This document shows, in pieces, positions 32,160-41,874 of a DNA stretch of 64,000 nt. A program made the position numbers and the translations under genes. The stretch is from a candidate division FCPU426 bacterium (GTDB lineage Bacteria; Oederibacteriota; Muellerivitia; Muellerivitales; Muellerivitaceae), in the NCBI GenBank assembly GCA_963771075.1, contig CAVYSE010000003.1:160001-224000 (forward strand). Direction: 5' to 3'. The notes under the pieces were generated by a model that saw only the letters and a list, made by a program, of their open reading frames with translations, was not told where the DNA came from and made no database searches. Positions within the stretch are counted from its first letter, which is position 1. Each line of letters opens with the position of its first letter.

Positions 32160-32719
32160 ATGAAGCTCTCCCCGGGCTAAAGCCCGGGGTTTCTGCCCTT
32201 CGGCATACTCTGGTCACGCTGTTGCTCGCGGATATACTTACGAATCATTTCTTCTTGCACCGTCCCAATACTTTCCGCAAAGTAGCCGTCCGCCCAAAAA
32301 CTATCACCCCACAAAAACTCTTCCAGTTCTGGAAACTCCCGCCTTATTTTGATACTCGTCCCACCTTTCAAAACTTGTACTACTTTTGCCACGCTCACCC
32401 TTGGTTCAACTTGAATCAGCATATGGACATGGTCCCGTTGAATATTCAACTCACGAATTACCCACCGGTTGACGTGGGCTGCTTCACGAAATAGTTCGTC
32501 TAAGCGAACAACCACTTTGCCCAGTAGAATTCGTTTCCTATACTTGGGTATCCAAACCAAGTGATACAACAGTCGGTGCTTGGTATGTGCTCCAGTCCAA
32601 TAGTTTCCCATCACCAGAGCATGCCATAACCCCTGGCCTGCGGACCGACAAAATCAGTCGGCCCTCCGGGCAGCCATTCATCCCCAGGCTTAAAAGCCTG
32701 GGGTTTTCTGGCAGTTTTG
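32160..32719 (-). mobile_element. IS200/IS605-family element, tnpA only (560 bp)
   Basis: Subterminal hairpins CCCCAGGCTTTTAAGCCTGGGG and CCCCGGGCTTTAGCCCGGGG; inserted 3' of TTTAT, ends TCAT, no duplication. Confidence 0.9.
32177..32614 (-). CDS. tnpA: Y1 HUH transposase TnpA
   Basis: YHLVWIPKYR, DHVH (HUH), FWADGYF, YIREQ. Confidence 0.95.
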   Translation of the reverse strand: MMGNYWTGAHTKHRLLYHLVWIPKYRKRILLGKVVVRLDELFREAAHVNRWVIRELNIQRDHVHMLIQVEPRVSVAKVVQVLKGGTSIKIRREFPELEEFLWGDSFWADGYFAESIGTVQEEMIRKYIREQQRDQSMPKGRNPGL

Positions 32720-33959
32720 ATAAAATTTTTCACGTCTTCTTCCCTGACTTTTCGGTTGCCATGTGCCAGCGATGCTCGCGCAATAGAACAACAAGCACCC
32801 CAAAGCGACCCTTGGGCATCCTCAGCTAGTTGTAGGTATCTTTGAATATCAGAACGGATGTAAACATTTCCTCTTAACGCCTCTGGCAAAGTGAATCGTT
32901 CCATACGCCAGAATTCCAGGTTGGCGGATGGGGGCTCATTTTTAAGCCCAAGCACCAATACTGTTAATGGATATTTTCCGGACTTTTTGGTTTTGTAAAG
33001 TTGGATTGCATTCTCCATTACGAGCGGCGCTTTTTCACCTTCACCACCAGGTAGCAAAGAATAAAAACTCCTCCAAAAATCCTTCCTTTCAGAAAATTGA
33101 TTTGGAAGCCAACCTTTCTTGTCCGATTTTCGATAAACAACCATTGGATCCCATTGTCCGGATGGATTCTCAAAACCTTCGCCAGCTATAAATCTCACCT
33201 TTGATACACTTTGTGTTGTTTCGGGTTCCAACAACATAATTCTTGGTTGCCAAGTATATAAATCAGCAAAACCGTTGGCCGACCGCTTAGGCCGGGGACG
33301 GTTTTGAAAATATCGAATTTGTCTTTGGGGCCGCTCCCATTGCGGCAAGTCTTCCTCAATCACGCCTTTCTTTTGCCAAATCAAACAAAAGCAAAGAGTT
33401 TCACCGAGATTAATTCCTATTGGGATACACATAACAGCGTTTGGATTTGGGGATGTGTAATATCCACTTCCTCCACTTACTGAGAAACTCATTGTAGAAA
33501 TAATCCATTTGGCACATTCACTCGGTGAACGGCTACTGGGAAATTTTACGTCGGTATGATCAAAAAGGACTTTATTAGACCTCGAATTGAATTCGGCTGT
33601 TAATTTTGTCCATGGTTCGATTTCTTCTATTGAGATTTTAGGGTGTTGACCAAAAGGAAATTTTTCATCGAACAGAAAGAATCGATCTCTCCATTCTTTG
33701 AGATAGGACCGAATCTTTTTTTCTGGAAACCCTTCCTTGAAAAATGCTTTCGCTTGTTCTATGTCCGTCGGTCCCATCAGTGCGCGATAAAGCACCGCCA
33801 ATAAAAAACGGTGAAGGGCCGCCGTCACCGAAGGCGAAGGGTCTTCTATGACCGCAATTTCTTTGGCCCTTAACAAGGTTTCCTGGATTCCGAGTTCGTC
33901 GCGCTTACCATCCAAAAAGCGCACCGGAATCCAGGGTTCATCAATCAGATTAAATTGAC

Positions 33960-34835
33960 TCATGAAACTCCCTCATTCTTTCCCCTTCTCCCCTTCGGCA
34001 ATCCCTTCACTTTCCCCAACTTTTTCTCGTTACCTTTCACCCGCCGCTCTAATTTCTTGACGTCCTCCTCCGGCGGCAAAGCTTCGGGTTGGATGCCCCT
34101 TTTCCCCAGCATTTCCCTGACACTCCGGTTGTTCTGGACATGCTCATCGGTTATGGGCGGCTCACCCCGCAAGTCCTTCTGCTTGACGTTGTGGTTGGTC
34201 ATTTCGGCGGCCAGGTTCTTGGCCGCCAAAGTCACCGTGGGTAGAAAGTCGGCGAGCGGGCGGTTGGAGGGTACGGCCAGCCGGTCTTTCATGTCCTGGG
34301 TGGCATGGCCCCCAAAAAGGGCGGCGTCACCCTTGGAACGGATGCGGCCAAACCCCTGGCCGTCCACGCCCCGCTCATAGATGTTCTTCGAAAGCTCCGT
34401 TTCGGACTCGCTCAGCTTCCTGCGGGCATCCAAGCGTTCGCGCAGATGAATGCGTTCCTCAAGTATTTCTTGTTTGCGAGTCTGGACCGCAAAATAAGCC
34501 TGGGCAAAGGCGATAGATGGTTTGCGCGGATCGCCATTCTGGGCGATCAGGTAACAGGCATAACGGGTGAGCATAATGTCGTCAATCTCACGTTTCGCGC
34601 CAGACCCGACCGGGACCATTTTGCTGACGTCAGCAAAATGGTCGGCCACATTTTGACCGGCCTTGGAACATGAGGTTTTAGCCTTTTCGACAACTTCAAG
34701 AAAATTACGCCATTGGACGTATCCCAGTTCATCCATTAAATCCCTGGCATACCAAAATTCCACATCGGCGTCAGGCAGGGTGTTCGCCATAGCGTCGAAT
34801 TTGCTTTTCAACCGGACAACCAGGCTTCTATCCAT
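33960..34835 (-). CDS. dinD: DinD-like (BRO-N related) DNA-damage-inducible protein
   Basis: EFWYARDL..LGY..W.NF, LTRYACYLIAQNGDPRK, AQAYFAVQTR; ATG 34835 overlaps the cas3 stop. Confidence 0.88.
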   Translation of the reverse strand: MDRSLVVRLKSKFDAMANTLPDADVEFWYARDLMDELGYVQWRNFLEVVEKAKTSCSKAGQNVADHFADVSKMVPVGSGAKREIDDIMLTRYACYLIAQNGDPRKPSIAFAQAYFAVQTRKQEILEERIHLRERLDARRKLSESETELSKNIYERGVDGQGFGRIRSKGDAALFGGHATQDMKDRLAVPSNRPLADFLPTVTLAAKNLAAEMTNHNVKQKDLRGEPPITDEHVQNNRSVREMLGKRGIQPEALPPEEDVKKLERRVKGNEKKLGKVKGLPKGRRGKNEGVS

Positions 34836-37503
34836 TAACTCTCTCCTTTGCTCCATAAACCAACCCCAATTCCCCATCCAACTGAACGGAGGTGTCTTCG
34901 ATCCATCGGTTGTTCTTATCCAAAACCAATGGGATGCAATTTCTTAGTAAAGACGATTTCTTCCACCCGTCCGGCACACCTTTTTCCCGCAGGCACTTTA
35001 AGACTATCGCCCGTGAAAGCGACATGGATCGACCCGTTAAAGCCTTTGCCTTGGCGGTATCGGGCTTTTCCCCGGGCTGAAAATCATCCGCAGGAAAAAC
35101 CGGGATCACTGTCACGGATGGTTTTCCCAGGCGGGTTTGGGCGACAAGGGTTGGGTGCAAACCCGGTTCATCCTCATCGGCCCTGATATAACGCGCCGGA
35201 TCATTCCAAGAGGCATCATCCGGAAAACCGATGAAAGCCTGATGCGCCTGGTTTCTGAGAGCGTAATCATTGCCCTCTCCCTTTTCCTCGGCCGCCAACA
35301 ACCTTTCTCCCAAATCCTCAACATCCGCCAGGCCGTCATAAACGTCCCTGACCAACTTATCAATCTCATCGGGTAGGCTTATTGAATTGCGTCCTTTCAG
35401 CAAGTTCCAAGTGCGAAGCAATAGATCCTCCCGATAAACCGCTTTCCACCAAAGCGGACCCGCGAAGGAAGGCGGCTTCTCGCCTCCAAGCCCGGTCACA
35501 TAAAGAAAAGGCTCAGAAACGGGCCTGTGTTCCCTGGAATGGCGCCAAAGGCGCCCGGCCCGTTGAAGGACAAGATCGATGGGGGCCAAATCCGTGACCA
35601 TAACGTCGAAATCCAGGTCAAGGCTTTGTTCAGCCACCTGGGTAGCGATGAGGAATTTGCGTCCCTCCCGGGTTGCGTTCTTCCCGAATAGTTCCAAGGC
35701 CGATTCCTCCCGTGCCTGCCGCCGGTCGGCGGGATAACGGGCATGGAACAAATAAATTTCGGTGCCATCCGGCAGGCGCTTGCCGACTCGTGCTCCGTTA
35801 CGCATCAAAGGTTCGCCATGTGGAAGGGCATGGTAAAAATCTTGGGACCGTTGGACCGTGTTGGCGAGAAACAATCCCCTTCCCTCTTTCGGCAGTCCTC
35901 TTTCCAGGCATTCCCTGACGGAAGCAATATCAGGGGCAACGCCGCGAACCGCGACATTCCTGCGGCGCGAGGGATCGTTTTCAAAGTGTCGTTGTTTCAT
36001 TGAACTTTGCTTGAAAATGGATAGACGTGGATATTCCGCTTCAATTTCAGGAAAATCCGCGCCGACTTGTTGCGCGAGTTTCCGCCGGAAAGCCGGTGGC
36101 AGGGTGGCGCTAAGCAGGATGACCGATGAACCCATGGCCAAAAGCCATTGGATCAGGTGTAAGAGAAGGGTGCCCGTGTAAGCATCGTAGGCGTGGATTT
36201 CATCGAAAACCACGACGCGGTTGGCCAACCCCCAAAGTCGCATGAAGTAATGCCATACGGGCAGGATGGTCATCAGCGCTTGGTCCACCGTACCCACGCC
36301 GTATTCCGAAAGAAGCGCAGTTTTCTTGTGGGTGAACCATTCCCCGGCCCGCACTGAACCATCCCCTTGTTGGTCATAAACTCGGGACAATCTGAGTTTT
36401 TCAAAAGCTTCGTTTTGCTTGGCCGATCCATGGACAAGCTGGAGGTCCAGGGTTCTTCCCGGATTCATGGAGTTCAGGAAATCCAACGTGCGAAGAAACA
36501 TGGCATTGCCGGTTGCCTTGGTCGGCAAGGCAATATAGAGGCCGCGATGCCCGATGGATCTTTGAAGCTCCAAATGGGCGTAAAACGCCGCTTCGGTCTT
36601 CCCCTCACCCATCGGGGCTTCCACCAACAACACGCAAGGTTCCTTGATCCCCTTGATTTCGTCCGCAACTGCTTCCTGTAAAGGTCTCGGGGCGAATCCT
36701 TGGATATATCCAAAAACATCTCCAAGCGGCCTTCTGGACGCGGCCAAGGGTTGCCGTGAAAACCAACCGATCGAATCCAATACGCCATCTGCCAGTTTTT
36801 TTCGGCTAATCCACCATTTTTCCAAGTCTTCGCAATCCTCCGGTGTCCCGAACTTGAAATGGTTTTCGTCCGATCCGATCCAATCGGTAAAGCTGGTCAA
36901 GCCGGAGAGCAACATGAAATCGGGTCCCGACAAATTGGTTTTGGTGGGTGTTTTTGAGGGTTTCAGGACGGAACATAAGGCCTCAAAAATTTCCCGGCGG
37001 GCTTCGGTCCAATCCGGGCCGCCCAAGGCATGGCGGTTACCCATCAAATTTTCCAAAGTATTCGGGCTTGCACGTAAGCCGTGGTGGCAACCGACGGCAT
37101 CCGCAGCCAAATCGGCTATGTCCTCGGACCAACCACGTTCTTGTAAAAACTCGGTCAAAGCAATTTGGCTTGCAAAGGCGTGATTGAACTTTGAATCCGG
37201 GATTCGTGGAGGGGTCAGTTTATTCTGTGAAAGCAAAGCATTGGCGCCATCCCACTTCGATTGGAAACCAGGGGTGGCCTTTCCCAAATCATGGCATGCA
37301 ATGAGAAGCAGTAGCCAAGGTTTGGCTACCTCCCATGGAAGGCCGGTTATTTCGGCCATACGCAGGCGTGTCGCTTCCGGTTCCCGCTGGAGAACGGCGT
37401 CGGCACATGAAGCCACGTCCAATAAATGCAGAATGAGGGGATGCCAGGAAGGGATGCCTTGGTCAGCCGTTTTGGCCCACAAATGAAAAAAACTCTTAGC
37501 CAT
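34828..37503 (-). CDS. cas3: Cas3 HD nuclease/helicase
   Basis: WAK..HLLD, HDLGKA, APMGEGKTE, DEIH, SAT, QRAGRLWRH. Confidence 0.97.
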   Translation of the reverse strand: MAKSFFHLWAKTADQGIPSWHPLILHLLDVASCADAVLQREPEATRLRMAEITGLPWEVAKPWLLLLIACHDLGKATPGFQSKWDGANALLSQNKLTPPRIPDSKFNHAFASQIALTEFLQERGWSEDIADLAADAVGCHHGLRASPNTLENLMGNRHALGGPDWTEARREIFEALCSVLKPSKTPTKTNLSGPDFMLLSGLTSFTDWIGSDENHFKFGTPEDCEDLEKWWISRKKLADGVLDSIGWFSRQPLAASRRPLGDVFGYIQGFAPRPLQEAVADEIKGIKEPCVLLVEAPMGEGKTEAAFYAHLELQRSIGHRGLYIALPTKATGNAMFLRTLDFLNSMNPGRTLDLQLVHGSAKQNEAFEKLRLSRVYDQQGDGSVRAGEWFTHKKTALLSEYGVGTVDQALMTILPVWHYFMRLWGLANRVVVFDEIHAYDAYTGTLLLHLIQWLLAMGSSVILLSATLPPAFRRKLAQQVGADFPEIEAEYPRLSIFKQSSMKQRHFENDPSRRRNVAVRGVAPDIASVRECLERGLPKEGRGLFLANTVQRSQDFYHALPHGEPLMRNGARVGKRLPDGTEIYLFHARYPADRRQAREESALELFGKNATREGRKFLIATQVAEQSLDLDFDVMVTDLAPIDLVLQRAGRLWRHSREHRPVSEPFLYVTGLGGEKPPSFAGPLWWKAVYREDLLLRTWNLLKGRNSISLPDEIDKLVRDVYDGLADVEDLGERLLAAEEKGEGNDYALRNQAHQAFIGFPDDASWNDPARYIRADEDEPGLHPTLVAQTRLGKPSVTVIPVFPADDFQPGEKPDTAKAKALTGRSMSLSRAIVLKCLREKGVPDGWKKSSLLRNCIPLVLDKNNRWIEDTSVQLDGELGLVYGAKERVNG

Positions 37504-37788
37504 AGTTTGAGACCCTTGAAATATTTTCAGAGTTGTCGGCGGCGGTTAAGCGGATCACATACAGGTCGAGCACGGGCATAAGGGCCTCGCACATAATTCG
37601 GAAGATGAAACACACTACGCCCGGGAGTGATTTTAGGAAAGGTTTTTTTCGCACTTAAAAGAGGGCAAATAGCAGGAGTTAGCGGCTTTTCGCTTGATGG
37701 AACAGATCACTATATTTCCCAGGCAGCTTCACCTGCCCCCGCTGCAAAAAATCCTTCTGACGTTATGGCGGGGAGCCCCATAGAAGTC

Positions 37789-38769
37789 TCACCGGTTCAC
37801 CGTGCTCATGTCCGCGTAGCGGGCGCCCGCCGTCACCCCCGGGGGGAAAACCTCATCCAGCAGGTTCAGGTCTTCCCGGGTCAGGGTCACCTGAAGGGCC
37901 CCCACGTTCTCTTCCAGCCTTTTGCGTTTTTTGGTTCCGGGAATGGGAATGATATCCTCGCCCCGGGCCATGACCCAGGCCAGGGCCAGCTGGGCGGGAG
38001 TGCAGTTTTTCTCCACCGCCATTTCCTCCACGTGCCTTACGAGTTGGAGGTTCTTGGCGAAGTTGTTCCCCTGGAACCGGGGATGCTTCAAGCGCCAATC
38101 ATCCTGCGGAAGGTCCTCCGGCTTTTGAAAGGCGCCGGTCAAAAACCCCCGGCCCAGGGGACTGTAGGCCACAAAGGCGATTCCCAGTTCCCGGGTGACC
38201 CGGAAGATTTCCTGCTCGGGATCGCGGGACCAGAGGGAATATTCGGTCTGGAGCGCGGAAATCGGATGAACCTGGTTCGCCCGGCGCAGGGTGTTCACCC
38301 CCGCCTCGGAAAGCCCCAGGAACCGGACCTTTCCCTCCTTCACCAGTTGGGCCATGGCCCCCACCGTTTCCTCAATGGGCGTTTGGGCGTCCACCCGGTG
38401 TTGGTAATACAAGTCGATCGAGTCCACCTGAAGCCTTTTCAGGGACGCCTCACAGCAGGCTTTCACGTATTCGGGCTTCCCGTTGACGCCCAGGAATTGG
38501 CCGTCCGGCGTCCGCATGTTGCCGAACTTGGTGGCCAGGAACACCTGGTTCCTCTTTCCCTTGAGGAACCGGCCCAGCAACTCCTCGTTCGTAAAGGGAC
38601 CGTACATGTCGGCGGTATCCAGGAAGTCGATCCCCAGGTCCAGGGCCCTTTCCAGGGTAGCGATCGATTCCGCCTCGTTGCGGCCCGAATAAAAATCGGA
38701 CATTCCCATGCAACCTAAACCTATTCGTGAAACGCTCGGACCCTTTTGGCCCAAGGATACTTTTTTCAT
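37789..38769 (-). CDS. Aldo/keto reductase
   Basis: [36 protein letters not shown]. Confidence 0.95.
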   Translation of the reverse strand: MKKVSLGQKGPSVSRIGLGCMGMSDFYSGRNEAESIATLERALDLGIDFLDTADMYGPFTNEELLGRFLKGKRNQVFLATKFGNMRTPDGQFLGVNGKPEYVKACCEASLKRLQVDSIDLYYQHRVDAQTPIEETVGAMAQLVKEGKVRFLGLSEAGVNTLRRANQVHPISALQTEYSLWSRDPEQEIFRVTRELGIAFVAYSPLGRGFLTGAFQKPEDLPQDDWRLKHPRFQGNNFAKNLQLVRHVEEMAVEKNCTPAQLALAWVMARGEDIIPIPGTKKRKRLEENVGALQVTLTREDLNLLDEVFPPGVTAGARYADMSTVNR

Positions 38770-38944
38770 CTTTCCCTCCCAATATTGGTTTGGCCCAACC
38801 GCCATCTTACCCCGGCTCCGGACATGATAATCAAGGCAGATGAATCGGCGCCTTCGCCCCAAGGACATTTCATGTCAACGCCATGTTAAATCTTTGCGTT
38901 TTTTCCTTTTTCATAACAATTTTAACGACCCTCTCCCGTAACGC

Positions 38945-40195
38945 TTGATAAAATCCGGACGGTTGGCGGTCCATTTTGAAAATCCACGCACCCCGGAGCC
39001 TTTGTTGCGAATCGCCTATTTCACTGAAAGCCTCCCGCCTTTAACGGACGGGGTGGCGAGAACCTACACCCGGCTCGCCGAAACCTTGAACGAAGATGGA
39101 CATGATTTCCTGTTTATTTGTCCCATGACGCCGGCGGAAACCGAGCCCTGGCGGGGCCGGGTAATCCGGGTGCCCTCGGTTCCCTTTCCCCTCTATAAAT
39201 ATTACCGGGTGGGCCTGCCCAATCCATTCAAACTGGACCCGATTTTGGACCGTTTCCAACCCGACTTGATCCAGGTGGCCGCCCCCACTCCCCTTTGCCT
39301 TTACGGGCAAAATTACGCCAACCGCCGGAAAATTCCCACCATCGCCAGCTACCACACGCACTTCGTGGATTACTTTCCCTATTACGGTTACGGATGGGCC
39401 GTCGGCTTGGGATGGGATTGGATGCGCTGGTGTTACAACCGCAGCCGAAAGACCTTCGCCCCGACTCCCGGCGCCATCCAGGAGCTTACCCGGAGGGGTT
39501 TCCGAAATGTGGAAGCATGGCCCAGGGGCATCGACAGTTCCAAGTTCTCCCCCCAATTCCGCAGCCCGGCCCTGCGGCAAAAGCTGGGCCTCGGTCCTGA
39601 ACCTCTTCTTCTCTTCGTCGGACGGATGGTGGGGGAAAAAGACCTGCAAGACCTGGCCGACGCCTCCGTGATCCTGAAGTCGGAGGGATACCGGTTCCGC
39701 CTGGCGTTCGCGGGCGACGGGCCCTTCCGCGCCACCATGGAAAAACAGCTTCCCGGCGATTATTTCGGCGGATTCATCCAAGGCCCGCCCCTCGCCGAAC
39801 TTTACGCATCCAGCGACCTTTTCGTCTTCCCCTCCACGACCGAAACCTTCGGCAACGTCATCCTGGAAGCCTTCGCCTCCGGGCTCCCGGTGGTGGGGGT
39901 GAAAAAAGGCGGGGTCGCGGACCTGGTGGTGGACGGGAAGAACGGATACCTGGCCCGGCCGAAGGATCCGGCCGATTTCGCGGAAAAAATTAAAATCATC
40001 CTGGACAAACCCGCTCTTCAACAAACCCTGGCAGAGGGGGCCCTTCAAACCGCCGCGAATTTCGACTGGCTGGCCATTAACCGTAAACTGATCCAGGAAG
40101 GCGCTCGTTTGGTCCAAGAAAAGGCCCTGACCGGCTCATCCCCCAAGACCCTTCCCCTTTCCGGCGCCGAGGCGGCCAAATTGGCCGATAGTTAA
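38945..40195 (+). CDS. GT4-family glycosyltransferase
   Basis: RIAYFTES..DGV, SYHTHF, FVGR, ETFGNVILEAFASG; true start probably TTG near 39005. Confidence 0.9.
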   Translation: MIKSGRLAVHFENPRTPEPLLRIAYFTESLPPLTDGVARTYTRLAETLNEDGHDFLFICPMTPAETEPWRGRVIRVPSVPFPLYKYYRVGLPNPFKLDPILDRFQPDLIQVAAPTPLCLYGQNYANRRKIPTIASYHTHFVDYFPYYGYGWAVGLGWDWMRWCYNRSRKTFAPTPGAIQELTRRGFRNVEAWPRGIDSSKFSPQFRSPALRQKLGLGPEPLLLFVGRMVGEKDLQDLADASVILKSEGYRFRLAFAGDGPFRATMEKQLPGDYFGGFIQGPPLAELYASSDLFVFPSTTETFGNVILEAFASGLPVVGVKKGGVADLVVDGKNGYLARPKDPADFAEKIKIILDKPALQQTLAEGALQTAANFDWLAINRKLIQEGARLVQEKALTGSSPKTLPLSGAEAAKLADS

Positions 40196-40251
40196 TTTGG
40201 CTCTTTCCCGGATTTGTAGATAACCCTTATCGCCAAGGAAGATAGCCCCCC

Positions 40252-40276
40252 TTCCCCCCTCTTTCAGAGGGGGGAG
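40252..40276. repeat. Intergenic palindrome TCCCCCCTCTTTCAGAGGGGGGA
   Basis: Second copy of the 17186 hairpin. Confidence 0.5.
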
Positions 40277-40416
40277 AAAGCGGTTCGCCTTACTACCTTA
40301 TTGGCCACGCTTAAGCTCCCCAAGGTAATTCAGGGCAACTATCTGCAAATTCGTGAAAGAGCCGTTAATTTCACTGGAGATTCGCCCCCGGCCCCTTTCC
40401 CCGTTAAAATAACCCC

Positions 40417-41076
40417 GTGAAAAAAACCATCTTGATTCTTATTTTCCTGTTCCTGATCCCCCCGCTGGCCCTGCCCAAGGAGGAAAAGGAAATACCCGGC
40501 TTCGGCCTTCTGCTCAACGGGGGGGAAAGTGCCTCCAGCGGGTTCATCAACAGCTTCAATGCGGCCCCTGCCGGGGGGTTGGCCATGAGTTACGGTTTTA
40601 ATAACCGCTGGGACGGGCTTTGGAGCCTGGATTACTACACCATGCCCAACCAACCCTTGACCCTCTCCTTACCCTCGCCCTCCAATCCCGTTTCCCAGTC
40701 TTACATCCAACCCACGGATGACGTGGCCATCTCCGTCAACGCGAGGTATTACTGGAACGACAAATGGGACGATATCCACAAAAAATTTAATGTCGATCCC
40801 TACCTGACGGCGGGGTTGGGCCTGGACCTGGTGGTGGACCTCTATCCCCCCGATCCCAACAGCTTCTTTTGGAGCAAACCGTTCGACATCCTCTTGGGGG
40901 TAAACCTGGGGGCGGGCATCGACGTGCCCCTGACCAACGATTTTATTATTTATGGGGAGGGCCTGGACCACTTCATCTTTTGGCAGGGACTGACCCAGGA
41001 TTATGTGGGAAAGGTGGGCATCAAATTCATGCTCGACACGGAGCATGCCGATCCGTTCCGGGGAACGTTGCAGTAA
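40417..41076 (+). CDS. Putative outer-membrane beta-barrel protein
   Basis: Signal peptide; PYLTAGLG, GVNLGAG, amphipathic strands. Confidence 0.65.
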   Translation: MKKTILILIFLFLIPPLALPKEEKEIPGFGLLLNGGESASSGFINSFNAAPAGGLAMSYGFNNRWDGLWSLDYYTMPNQPLTLSLPSPSNPVSQSYIQPTDDVAISVNARYYWNDKWDDIHKKFNVDPYLTAGLGLDLVVDLYPPDPNSFFWSKPFDILLGVNLGAGIDVPLTNDFIIYGEGLDHFIFWQGLTQDYVGKVGIKFMLDTEHADPFRGTLQ

Positions 41077-41094
41077 ATGATCCAGGAGGGATAT

Positions 41095-41520
41095 TTAATT
41101 GAGGCTCCCCGAATTCCGGGGTTTGTTTTCCGGTATGGGAAGTTTTGTGGCGTGGGGTTGGGCGTTCATCCTGTCTAACAAAAGCGGAACGCTCTTTTCG
41201 GCGGTTGGAAAATCCGGGTAATGGGCGATGAGCCTGCCGAAATCCAGGATCTCAAAAATATTCTCAACTTCGGCGCCCATGCCCACCAAGCCCAAGACCG
41301 CCTGCTGGTCCCGAAGGCGTCGATAGGCCGTCAGGAACAAACTCCAACCTGATGAGCTGATGTAATCCACCTCGGTCATGTCGAAGAGCACGGCTTTTCC
41401 CCGGCAGATGCCGTCCAACGCGTCCAACGCTTTTTCCATCGGAGTCATGGTTTGCAGGTTGAGGGTCCCGGCCAATTTGACGGTGATAAGTTTCTGATGA
41501 TTCGCCGAATGCACGATCAT
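41095..41520 (-). CDS. STAS-domain anti-sigma-factor antagonist
   Basis: DMTEVDYISSSG..IFEILDF. Confidence 0.85.
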   Translation of the reverse strand: MIVHSANHQKLITVKLAGTLNLQTMTPMEKALDALDGICRGKAVLFDMTEVDYISSSGWSLFLTAYRRLRDQQAVLGLVGMGAEVENIFEILDFGRLIAHYPDFPTAEKSVPLLLDRMNAQPHATKLPIPENKPRNSGSLN

Positions 41521-41874
41521 GGCTTCGATTTGTTCCACGGATTGCCTCCCCAGGCCCGCTTGTTCCCGAATGGAATATTCCGATGAGCCTACACGAATCA
41601 GGATGAAAAAGCGCCATCCTAAAAATGATTCAAGAGAAAAGAACCTTCCCCGCATCCGAAGACCCCGCACTTTTGTCACCCCACGACAAATTTGACTTCG
41701 TTGCGGCCTTACCTTTTCTTTTCAACCAGCCGAAACAATTCTTTCCGCGATTCGAAAGCGCTTTTTCAAGGCTTTCCCCTGGAACTCCCTTCATTTTTTA
41801 CACGTTTTCTTTTACTAAAAATCGACTAGAGTGATTTGTCTTTTCCAAGAAAATTTACAAAAAGGATGTATCCG

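Larger units (their letters stand above)
31880..33963 (-). pseudogene. cse1: Cas8e (Cse1/CasA) interrupted by an IS200-type element
   Basis: FNLIDEPWIPV N-terminus; removing 32160-32719 restores one 507-aa frame (…KNFI-KQLPSISLYWAVLE…). Confidence 0.92.

Noticed and set aside
32160..32719. TnpB/omegaRNA system
   Set aside because: The element encodes TnpA only; the right-end hairpin directly follows its stop.
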